A stretch of 64,000 nt of DNA from an uncultured Chloroflexia bacterium (GTDB taxonomy: Bacteria; Chloroflexota; Limnocylindria; Limnocylindrales; CSP1-4), in assembly GCA_963728635.1 (NCBI GenBank), contig CAVSKR010000001.1, positions 110,116-174,115 of the forward strand, written 5' to 3'. Positions within the stretch are counted from its first letter, which is position 1. Each line of letters begins with the position of its first letter. The notes beneath the pieces were generated by a model. The model saw nothing but the letters and a program-made list of their open reading frames with translations. It was not told the origin of the DNA and made no database searches. Below, piece after piece: positions 29,807 through 38,313 of the stretch. The translations under genes and the position numbers were made by a program.

Positions 29807-30343
29807 CTAGAGGGCGGCGGTCCGCTCCTCGGCCAGGCGCTCAGCCGCGACGTCGATCGCGGCGCGGAGGTCGGAGGTCGTCGATGGGCTGGCCCAGCCG
29901 ATGGCGACCCGGACGAGATCGGACGCGCCGAGCTGGTACTCGCACGCCGCCCGGACGCGCTCGACGATGTTGATCGCGGCGATCTCATCGGTCTCCGTCA
30001 GGAGGATCGCGAACCGCGTCCGCGCGATCCTTGCGATGTGATCGCTCGAGCGAACCTCGACGGCGAGGGTCCTGGCGAGCTGCGTGAAAAGGCGCTCGGA
30101 GACGTCGACGCCCCATTTCCGAGCATGGCGGTCCAGGCCGACGAACTCGATCAGGACGACGGTCGCGGGCCGCGCGTAGCGGTTGACGCGTGCGACCTCG
30201 CTCGAAATGACGCGGTCCCACAGGCGGGGCCCGTCGGTCCCGGTGAGCGCGTCGTTCCAGCCGGACGGGATCGAGGGCAGCAACCCGCCATCTGTCCCGC
30301 CGTCGATGATCTCGACCTCGTTGTGATGCGGGTCGTTGTACAC
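29807..30343 (-). CDS. Stand-alone degenerate GGDEF-domain protein
   Basis: DALTG, EVARVNRY, RSSDHIARIARTRFAILLTET (GGDEF replaced by ARTRF). Confidence 0.8.
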   Translation of the reverse strand: MYNDPHHNEVEIIDGGTDGGLLPSIPSGWNDALTGTDGPRLWDRVISSEVARVNRYARPATVVLIEFVGLDRHARKWGVDVSERLFTQLARTLAVEVRSSDHIARIARTRFAILLTETDEIAAINIVERVRAACEYQLGASDLVRVAIGWASPSTTSDLRAAIDVAAERLAEERTAAL

Positions 30344-30467
30344 GCGATCTCCAGTCGCCGCCGCTGAGCGCGGCGGGCGTTCCGATGGTCGCTCGAGGAG
30401 CGGTGTGCTGACTCGTCCCGATTGGTACCGTCCGCGACGGCGAAGGTCCGGGGCTGGCGGCGCGCAT

Positions 30468-30839
30468 TCAGGGCCGGCTGTAGCCGAGCACCCGCAGCTC
30501 CACCTCGCCGTCCGGTGCCGCGCTAAACCGAAGCGTCAGCTCCTCCTGTGTGCCCGGCCCCAGGAGGTCGACCTGGAGCTCGGCGGTCTCCGTCTCGCCC
30601 GCGACCGTCGCGGTCGCCTCGACCACGATGGTGGCTGCGGCCTCGCCACCATCATTGCGGACGGTGATCGGCACCTCCCAGCCGGCGTCGGTCACCTCTG
30701 CCTCGTCCGGGTGCGCAACGACCGAGACGGCGGGCGGTGTCGCGGTCGAGACGGCGGTCACGGCCAGATAGCCGACCAGTGCGACGATCACGACCGCGCT
30801 GACCCCCAGTACGACCCACTCAAGCCAGTTCTGCCTCAT
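30468..30839 (-). CDS. TIGR02588-like protein
   Basis: NWLEWVVLGVS, VRNDGGEAA, VLGYSRP; coupled to the TIGR02587-like gene. Confidence 0.75.
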   Translation of the reverse strand: MRQNWLEWVVLGVSAVVIVALVGYLAVTAVSTATPPAVSVVAHPDEAEVTDAGWEVPITVRNDGGEAAATIVVEATATVAGETETAELQVDLLGPGTQEELTLRFSAAPDGEVELRVLGYSRP

Positions 30840-31741
30840 CCGGCGCCGCTCCCCTGATTGCTCCCGCCTCCACCGACGCCGACGATCAGACGGCTGCCGG
30901 CTGCCCCGAATGAGGCGACGATCGCGAGCATCACCGTTTGCGCGAGCACGGCATGCAGACTCGCGCCTTCGGTGGAGCCGAAGGCCCACAGGAGGACGAG
31001 CGAGATCAGCAATGCGAGGGCGTAGGCGGCGACGGTCTCACCGACCGGGGTCTCGAGCGGCCCTCTGCCTTCCCGTGGCCGCGACCCGACACCGCCTCGG
31101 AAATCCGCGTAGAAGACGATCGCCAGTCCGATCCCGAGCCCCGCGAAGACGGCCACGAGGAGCTGAAGGGCTGAGGATTCAGCGGCGAGGATGCGCACCT
31201 CATCCGTCGGGGCGATGTTGAGCGCGAAATAGAGCGCGCCCGCACCCGCGACGAGGAGTCGGCCGAGCGCGCCCAGGCTCGTCGGATCCCGCCCAGGCCC
31301 GCCTTGGTCCCCGGTTGCCTGGCCCATGACCGTCGACGCCAGCGACATCCCGAACGCAACGGGGATCGTCTCGATCGCGATCCGCCCGACGATCGCCGGC
31401 AGGCCCACGGACGGATCGAGCCGGCCCAGGACTGCCAGTGCCACCGCCGCGACGATCACCGACAGCCCCATCGCCTCGATGGAGTCGACCAGGAGCTCCA
31501 GCCACGTCCGATCACGGCGGAAACCCGCGAGCGCGTTGAAACCGACGACCACCGCGAATCCGATCGCCAGCAGCACCAGGAGCTTGTCGGCGCCGAGCAC
31601 CGCGCCGTCGTCCCAGACCTCCATGGTCCAGAGCAAGGGGAGCCCGACGAGGAAGCCTCCGGCGATCGCGGTCAGAAGCTGCCGCGCCGTCTGCGCGACC
31701 GATCCGCCGTCCGTCTCCCGGCGTTTCCGCTCGCCTGCCAT
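30836..31741 (-). CDS. TIGR02587/DUF2391 family membrane protein
   Basis: GLPLLWTMEVW, FALNIAPTDEV, ASFGAAGSRL. Confidence 0.85.
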   Translation of the reverse strand: MAGERKRRETDGGSVAQTARQLLTAIAGGFLVGLPLLWTMEVWDDGAVLGADKLLVLLAIGFAVVVGFNALAGFRRDRTWLELLVDSIEAMGLSVIVAAVALAVLGRLDPSVGLPAIVGRIAIETIPVAFGMSLASTVMGQATGDQGGPGRDPTSLGALGRLLVAGAGALYFALNIAPTDEVRILAAESSALQLLVAVFAGLGIGLAIVFYADFRGGVGSRPREGRGPLETPVGETVAAYALALLISLVLLWAFGSTEGASLHAVLAQTVMLAIVASFGAAGSRLIVGVGGGGSNQGSGAG

Positions 31742-31799
31742 GGCCGCAGGATAGGCGCTGAAGGGGGCGCCCTCACTGGCGCGATGAGCCCGTCAGACG

Positions 31800-32315
31800 T
31801 TACAGATACCGTCCGATCGCCATTGTCAGAGCGGCCAGGAGGATCAGAGGCAGGTCGATCCGAGTCGCGAGGTGCATCCGTCGATCCGCGCGTTCGAGGC
31901 GTCGTCGCTGCGCCTCGCTCGGCACGCCGTCGCCCGCAGCCAGCTCGTTCCGCACAGCTGTCTGCGCCGCCACGCTGGGACCGATGAGGACCATGCCGCC
32001 GACGAACGCCGCGATCGCCGCCAGACCACCGATCGTGAACGCCAGTCCCGACGGCGACGAGACCCACGTCGGGTCGAGTCCATTGGAGTCGCGCCAGTAC
32101 AGCGCCGCGCCGCTGAGGACCGTCAACGCCGCCACGATCGGGAAGAAGACTCCCAACCGTCGACAATTCATCAGCTGGTCCATGAACGCCTGGCCGGCGG
32201 TGCCCAGGGCCTGCGCGGTCGGGACCAGGAAGAACGAGCCCACGATCGCGCCGCCGAACCAGGCCATCGCCGACCCGACATGCACGACCCGCAGCAGGAT
32301 CAAGGTCGGATCCAT
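31800..32315 (-). CDS. Hypothetical 4-TM membrane protein
   Basis: LLRVVHVGSAMAWFGG...LTVLSGAALY...TMAIGRYL. Confidence 0.75.
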   Translation of the reverse strand: MDPTLILLRVVHVGSAMAWFGGAIVGSFFLVPTAQALGTAGQAFMDQLMNCRRLGVFFPIVAALTVLSGAALYWRDSNGLDPTWVSSPSGLAFTIGGLAAIAAFVGGMVLIGPSVAAQTAVRNELAAGDGVPSEAQRRRLERADRRMHLATRIDLPLILLAALTMAIGRYL

Positions 32316-32947
32316 CAGTCGCTGACCTCCGTTCCCAGCGCTGTAAGCCGGCCGCGCGCAACCGCCGGAGCCTCGGCGGTGCCCAGCCAGATCGCCCAGA
32401 CCGGATAGGCGACGTAGGTCCCGAGCCAGCTCATGAAGCCGATCCACACCCATGGCGGTGCAGAGACCATGTCATCGAGACCGAGGATGATCCCGGGCGC
32501 CGTCGCGACACCGAACGTCATCAGCGCCCCGGCGGCAACGCCGAGGACCCGTAGCCTCCGCGGCCACCCTGCCGCCTCATCCGCGCGCCGGTTCAGGACC
32601 ACGAGCCATGCCCCGATCCCCGCGAACCCGAGGCTCGAGACCAGCCCGGCAAGGAGGAAGCCCGTCGTGCCCGAGACGACCAGCGCCGAACCGACGACGG
32701 TGATCGCGGCACCGACCATGGCTGCGCCCACCGCGACGTCCGCGACTCCACCCTGGACCTGCCGACGCAGCCGCCAGGCGAGCCAGCCACTCAGGACGCC
32801 CGTCGCCGCGTTCCCGATGTCGTTGATGGTGCCGAACGGCGGCCCGACGGCGAAGAAGGTCGCGAGGCAGGCTGCGCTGCCGGCCGCGACGACGCCGACT
32901 GCCAGGGCCAGGGACCCTGTGCCCCGAGGGTGAGTCTCGTCCATCAT
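32315..32947 (-). CDS. Hypothetical membrane protein
   Basis: GAGGAG RBS; FGTINDIGNA; 5-6 TM helices; promoter TTGACT-N17-GATACT upstream. Confidence 0.72.
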   Translation of the reverse strand: MMDETHPRGTGSLALAVGVVAAGSAACLATFFAVGPPFGTINDIGNAATGVLSGWLAWRLRRQVQGGVADVAVGAAMVGAAITVVGSALVVSGTTGFLLAGLVSSLGFAGIGAWLVVLNRRADEAAGWPRRLRVLGVAAGALMTFGVATAPGIILGLDDMVSAPPWVWIGFMSWLGTYVAYPVWAIWLGTAEAPAVARGRLTALGTEVSD

Positions 32948-33027
32948 CGTTCTCCTCACTGCGATGTGGTTCATCCAGCCGCAGTATCATTTGCCTGCCA
33001 CCAGTAGTCAATAGATTCGGAGACAGA

Positions 33028-33621
33028 TTGCCCCGCTCCTACAACCTGGGCCGGCGGGCCGCACCGAAGGCCGATACGCGCGCGCGGATCGTCGGCGCGG
33101 CCCTGGAGATCTATCGCGATCGCGGGCTGGCCGGCGCATCGAACCTGGCGATCGCCCGTGCGGCGGACGTCGCTCCGGCGACCGTCCGCAACCACTTCCC
33201 GGAGCCCGGGGATCTCGCCCGCGCGGTCTTCGAAGGAGTGCTCGAGGAGCTCCGGATCCCGACGCCGGCGATCTTCGACGGTGCCGCCGGCGTGGCGGAG
33301 CGCGTCACGCGGCTCGCCGAGGAGTTGTCCGGGTTCTACGAACGGAGCGAGCCCTGGTGGCGCGCCTACGAGCGAGAACCGGACCTGATCCGAGCGTGGA
33401 GCGGGGGCGTCGACCAGTACTACGCGGACATCGAGCGGCTGATGCGGGCCGCGCTCGGGGAGCTGTCAGACGACGAGCAGGCGGTCGCGGTCGTGGCGTC
33501 GGTGATCGGGCCCCCGACGTTCTTCGCCCTCCGTGCGCGGGGCCTCTCGACCGACGAAGCCGTGTCGCTGACCCTGGAGCTTGCCCTTCCGTGGCTCGAG
33601 CGGCGCCTCGCGAACGCGTAG
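33028..33621 (+). CDS. TetR family transcriptional regulator
   Basis: RARIVGAA...IARAADVAPATVRNHFP HTH; divergent from the membrane genes. Confidence 0.9.
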   Translation: MPRSYNLGRRAAPKADTRARIVGAALEIYRDRGLAGASNLAIARAADVAPATVRNHFPEPGDLARAVFEGVLEELRIPTPAIFDGAAGVAERVTRLAEELSGFYERSEPWWRAYEREPDLIRAWSGGVDQYYADIERLMRAALGELSDDEQAVAVVASVIGPPTFFALRARGLSTDEAVSLTLELALPWLERRLANA

Positions 33622-33720
33622 AGCGCGGTCGGGGGTCGCGCACGAGGCAGGTGCAGAGCCATCGCCGCCGAGATTCGGCGGCGATCGGGGCTGCGGGCGG
33701 AAGGCATATCATCGGCCCCC

Positions 33721-34368
33721 ATGTCACTCGCCCGCGTCCAGTTCTTCTCGATCTCGCTCGACGGTTTCGGCACCGGCGAAGGTCAGAGCCTCGATGAACC
33801 GTTCGGCCACGCCGGCGAACGGCTGCACGAGTGGATGTTCGTCACCCGCTGGTGGCGGCGGAACGACGCCGAGCCCGGCGGCAGCGGCGGCATCGACGAC
33901 GCGTTCCTGCGGCTGCACGATCCGGGGATGGGCCCCGAGATCATGGGTGCCGGGAAGTTCGGCCCGCCCGGATGGCAGGAAAACCCGAAGTGGAAGGGCT
34001 GGTGGGGTCCTAACCCGCCGTTCCACACACCGGTCTTCGTCCTCACCCATCACACGCGCCCCTCGATCGAGATGGAGGGCGGCACGACGTTCCACTTCGT
34101 CGACGCCTCGCCTGCCGAGGCGCTCGAGATGGCCCGCGCGGCTGCGGGCGGTCAGGACGTACGCATCGGCGGGGGTGCGACCGTGATCCGCGAGTTCCTT
34201 GCCGCACGGCTCATCGACCACATGCACATCGCTGTGGTCCCGATCCTGCTGGGTCGGGGCGTACGCCTCTGGGATGGACTGGAGGGCCTCGAGAAGGACT
34301 ACGCGATCGAGTCGACCTCGTCACCAAGCGGCGTGACGCACGTGACCTTCACCCGCATGGGCGTCTGA
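33721..34368 (+). CDS. Dihydrofolate reductase-like (RibD C-terminal) protein
   Basis: SISLDGFG, WWGPNPPFHTPVFVLTH, IGGGA, VPILLGRG. Confidence 0.9.
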   Translation: MSLARVQFFSISLDGFGTGEGQSLDEPFGHAGERLHEWMFVTRWWRRNDAEPGGSGGIDDAFLRLHDPGMGPEIMGAGKFGPPGWQENPKWKGWWGPNPPFHTPVFVLTHHTRPSIEMEGGTTFHFVDASPAEALEMARAAAGGQDVRIGGGATVIREFLAARLIDHMHIAVVPILLGRGVRLWDGLEGLEKDYAIESTSSPSGVTHVTFTRMGV

Positions 34369-34377
34369 AACCGAGTT

Positions 34378-34737
34378 TCACGCCCTGCGCATGGACCGGT
34401 AGGGAGTGAAGAGGACCGGCACGTCGCTGCCAGCCAGCTTCGCCCTGAGCTCTGCGCTCGGCTCACCGAGCAGCTCGCCGTGAACCACTGAGACCGTCGC
34501 CAGGACCGCGTCGAACAAGTGGCCGAGATTCGCGGCGTGCTCCATCGCCGCCTCGGAGTCCCGGTACCGCTCGATGAACATGCATTCGGACTGATCGCCG
34601 TTGAGGTAGAGGTCGTATGCCAGCGTGCCAGGCTCCTTCGCTCGCACGAGCTCCGTCGCCTGATCGGACAAGCGCAAGTACTCGTCGCGCTTGCCCTCGT
34701 GAAACTTGAAACGTGCGATGCCCAGAAGCTCACTCAC
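34378..34737 (-). CDS. ABM/dimeric alpha+beta barrel protein (putative monooxygenase)
   Basis: KEPGTLAYD, ERYRDSEAAMEH. Confidence 0.8.
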   Translation of the reverse strand: MSELLGIARFKFHEGKRDEYLRLSDQATELVRAKEPGTLAYDLYLNGDQSECMFIERYRDSEAAMEHAANLGHLFDAVLATVSVVHGELLGEPSAELRAKLAGSDVPVLFTPYRSMRRA

Positions 34738-34815
34738 GGCTCAGTCCTCCGAGATTCGGCGATGAAGGCTTCCGTTCCCTGTGGGAATAATGCTTGGAGC
34801 ACACGGAGTTCCCCC

Positions 34816-35208
34816 ATGCAGACGCGCTCGTTCCCCTCCACCCCGGAAGGCCGCTCCCCTGCCGGGGCCGAGATCCGGTACCTGATCGAAGGCGAGACCG
34901 GCGGCATGATCCACTCCACCGTCCCACCAGGTCAGGTGAATCGGGCGACCGTCCACGCCACCGTGAGCGAGTTCTGGCACGTCCTCTCGGGCGAGGGACA
35001 GATCTGGCGACGCGACGGCACTGGTGAGGAGACGACCATTCTGGAGAGAGGCGTTTCCATCGACATTCCCGTCGGGACGGCATTCCAGTATCGCTGCACC
35101 GGTGGCGAACCGCTCCAGTTCCTCTGCATCACGATGCCGCCCTGGCCCGGCGACAAGGAAGCGACCGTCATCGAGGGGCCATGGAAACCGACTGCTCCCG
35201 AAGGTTGA
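34816..35208 (+). CDS. Cupin domain protein
   Basis: HATVSEFWHVLSGEG, IPVGTAFQYR, TMPPWPG. Confidence 0.85.
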   Translation: MQTRSFPSTPEGRSPAGAEIRYLIEGETGGMIHSTVPPGQVNRATVHATVSEFWHVLSGEGQIWRRDGTGEETTILERGVSIDIPVGTAFQYRCTGGEPLQFLCITMPPWPGDKEATVIEGPWKPTAPEG

Positions 35209-35268
35209 CGACGGACCCGTCATTCGTCCGGACGCTGAGGACCAGGATCCACACCGATCGAGCAGCGC

Positions 35269-36659
35269 TCATCGAGGTCTTCCGCAGACGGCCGCGTCCG
35301 AACAGTAGACGACGTTGCCGCCGACGATGGTGGCGACGACCTCGAGCGCGCGAATCGCATCGGGCCTGGACGTGGCGATATCGCCACTCAAGATCGTCAC
35401 GTCGCCCATGGTGCCGGGCGCCAGATGACCGCGTCGTGCCTCGTCCCCGATGGCCCATGCGGCATCGACGGTGACGGCGCGCAAACCCTGTTCGGCGGTC
35501 AAGAGCTGGTCGACGCTCCATGCCGGCGCATTCGGACTCGTGCGGACGCGTCCGTCCATCCCGGCCGCGATGTGGTCGACCGGCCGGCCCATGGCGTCGA
35601 GGAGCTCCTGCTCCTCGAACGTCCACGGCGCGTCGGTCGCGGAGGCGACGTGCAGGCCGGCGTCCACGAAGTCGCGCCAGCGGTCCAGCAGGGGCAACTG
35701 CTCACCTGGGTCCGTCCGGTCGAACTCGGCCACGACCCGCTCGTCGAGCAGCCAGTCGTTGGCGCCGTCGAAGTGGGTCACGATCGCGATGTCCATGGCG
35801 ACGAGGCGGGCCAGCTGCTCGTCCGTCACCTGCATGGCGTGCTCGATCCGGTGGTGGAGGGGATTGGGCCCGGTGGGACCGATCGCCGCCTCCAACGCGT
35901 CGAGCACGAGTTCCACGGCGGCGGAGCTCATCGCGTGGACCGAGACCTGCCAGCCGGCCTCGTCTGCCCGGCCGATCGTGGCGGTGAGCTCGGCCGGATC
36001 CCAGTTGATGGTGTGGCCCCAGCCGTCGTCGAGATGGATCTTCAGCCCCTCGACGCGGAGGTGGTCGTCGACGGGACCTGGCTCGCGCGAGGTGTACCAG
36101 TCGCCGAGGAAATCGCGGTCGAAATTCAGGGCGAGGTAGGCGTCGACCCGGAGCGGCAGGGCACGTTCTTCCGCGAGGGCTGTGAGCTCCTCGAGGCGCT
36201 CGGGGTTGACCCACTGCTCGGAGATCGAGGTCCAGCCGCGGCTTGCGGCCGCGTCCATGGCCTCGGCCGGCGATTCGACGCGGTAGTACTCCCGGTCCCC
36301 GATCCAGTGGGCGTGGGCGTCGATGAAGCCCGGGTAGGCGACGTTGCTCCCGAGGTCGAGGATCTGTGCCTGATCCCCGGCAAGAGCGAGGACGTCCTCG
36401 CGGGTGCCGGCCGCGCTTACCTTCCCGTGTGCGATGAGGAGGGCCTCTGCGACGGGCGGCTCGTCCATCGTCACGATCCGTCCGATGAGGACCACGCCTC
36501 GCCATCGGCGGGGCTCGACGATGCCAGCCCGGCGCTCGGCGGGGCCACCGGGGTGCTGGCAGGAGAAGCCGTGGCTGCGGTTCCGCAGCCTGCGATTGCC
36601 ACGACAACCAGCGCCGAAGCCAACCGGCGACGCAATGCGGGGCGCTCGTAGCAGACCAT
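35269..36659 (-). CDS. Amidohydrolase-3 family lipoprotein; frameshift near 36495 separates the signal peptide
   Basis: GGAGG RBS, IAGC lipobox; PGFIDAHAH, VSVHAM, RIEHA, ATDAP, GHLAPG..GDVTIL. Confidence 0.83.
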
Positions 36660-36765
36660 GGGAAGCCTCCTCCTGGCACTCGACACGGACCGGAGACAGC
36701 GGCGAGGAGAGCGCCGGCGGGGCATGCCCTCACCGGCGCTGTACGAATTGAGAAGCAGCCGAAGA

Positions 36766-37509
36766 TCAGGGATTGATCTCGAGTGAGTCGATGATCGCCT
36801 GCTCCTCCGCCAACGATTGGGCGGATGTTCCGGCGAAATCGTTCGTCTCGACCAGCACCCGGACGCCACCGACGTCGAGCGTCCATATGTGCCACCGCTG
36901 GCCGGGGCCCTGGGCGTAGATGTGGCTGTCCATGGGCCGGTACCTGAAGCACTCGCTGATGTCGTCCGGGACCAGGAGGTCCAGGTACTTCCCCGAGTAG
37001 CCCGCGAGGGTGACGTCGACGGGATCCGTGACGTCGAGGGAGGGATGGTCCACGAGGGCCGTCACCAGGTCGTCGACCGTCGGGCCGACGGGGACGTCCG
37101 CGTCTGTCTCTGCCTCTGCCTCGGTCTGGCACGGATCGCTGAACAGCCCGCCCCCGCGGTAGAACCCGAAGTAGGCCCCATCGGGCGCGTCGTTGCCACC
37201 GATCGACACGCCAAGCTCCTCGAATCGCTCCCAAGACGCCGGAGCGTCAAAGTTGAACGTGATCGAAGCGGCGCGCGCGTCCTCGTCGTCGAAGCCGCCT
37301 GGCCCGAACGGCGTGAGCGTGTGCGCCACGAGCGACGCGGTCGGCTCCTGGGTCGGCAACGAGGGCGTGGTCGGCTCCGGCGTTAGGGATGGCGTTGGAG
37401 CGGAAGCCACACTCGGCGACGCGGCTGCCGGGCTTTCAGTGTCTGGGCCCGTCGAACAGCCGGTGACGACAGCCAAGGTGACGAGGAGGGCTGCAAGCTT
37501 GTGGTTCAT
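36766..37509 (-). CDS. Secreted lipoprotein of unknown function
   Basis: AAGGAG RBS, VTGC lipobox, Pro/Ser linker, VTLAGYSG, WTLDVGGVRVLV. Confidence 0.8.
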   Translation of the reverse strand: MNHKLAALLVTLAVVTGCSTGPDTESPAAASPSVASAPTPSLTPEPTTPSLPTQEPTASLVAHTLTPFGPGGFDDEDARAASITFNFDAPASWERFEELGVSIGGNDAPDGAYFGFYRGGGLFSDPCQTEAEAETDADVPVGPTVDDLVTALVDHPSLDVTDPVDVTLAGYSGKYLDLLVPDDISECFRYRPMDSHIYAQGPGQRWHIWTLDVGGVRVLVETNDFAGTSAQSLAEEQAIIDSLEINP

Positions 37510-37570
37510 CTCGACTCCTTCAGGGCGACCCGAGGTCACGCTGTGGGTGACGGCGCGGGTCTAAGTCGAT

Positions 37571-37597
37571 AGATGCCGTCCGCACGTCTGGGGTTTG
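37571..37597 (-). promoter_or_regulatory. Putative ECF promoter for the lipoprotein
   Basis: CAAACC-N14-GGCATCT on the minus strand. Confidence 0.7.
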
Positions 37598-37620
37598 GCG
37601 GACGCAGCTTCTCGCGCGAC

Positions 37621-37647
37621 CAAACCATCAACCCGCCGCTGGCATCT
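37621..37647 (+). promoter_or_regulatory. Putative autoregulated ECF promoter for sigma/anti-sigma
   Basis: CAAACC-N14-GGCATCT on the plus strand, same boxes and spacing as the divergent copy. Confidence 0.7.
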
Positions 37648-37718
37648 GGACACACGACAGCACCGAGCGACGGCGCGTCGCAGCAAGCGAGCGCTACGAT
37701 CGAGAGCCCGAGGACGAC

Positions 37719-38313
37719 GTGGACGCAGTGAGGACGGCAGCGAGCGGTACGATGTCGGCCGACGACGCGCTCGTTCGGCGCGCCCGCACCGGCGACGCGG
37801 CGGCATTCGAGGTCCTCGTCGATAGCCGTATCGACCGCTGCTACCGCCTCGCCTGGTCGATCCTGTCCAACGACGCCGACGCAGCCGATGCCACCCAGGA
37901 CGCGCTCGTGTCGGCCTGGCGGCAGCTCGCCTCGACTCCGCGATCCCGCGACGTTCGACGGCTGGCTCAACCGTATCGTCGCGAACGCCGCATTGATGGC
38001 ACGCCGACATCGTGTCCGACTGCGGGAGGTATCCGTGCGTCCCGCCTACCCGGGCGACGAAACCCCGCAGCCCGACCCGCGGCAGGACCCGCAGGCCCGC
38101 ACCGAGATGGACGAGTTCGTCGACAGCGACGCGATCGCGCGCGCCTTCGACCGGCTACGACCGAAGGACCGGATGATCCTCGTCCTCCATCACGTCGAGG
38201 AGCGGCCAGTGGCTGAGATCGCGCGGTCGCTCGGGATTCCCGTCGGGACGGCGAAGTGGCGGCTCCACGCAGCCCGGACCGCGCTCGAGAAGGCGATGGA
38301 GGCCGAGGCATGA
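37719..38313 (+). CDS. ECF sigma factor; frameshift near 37930
   Basis: GDAAAFEVLV, DAADATQDA...W, FDGWLNRIVAN, EIARSLGIPVGTAKWRLHAAR. Confidence 0.88.
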
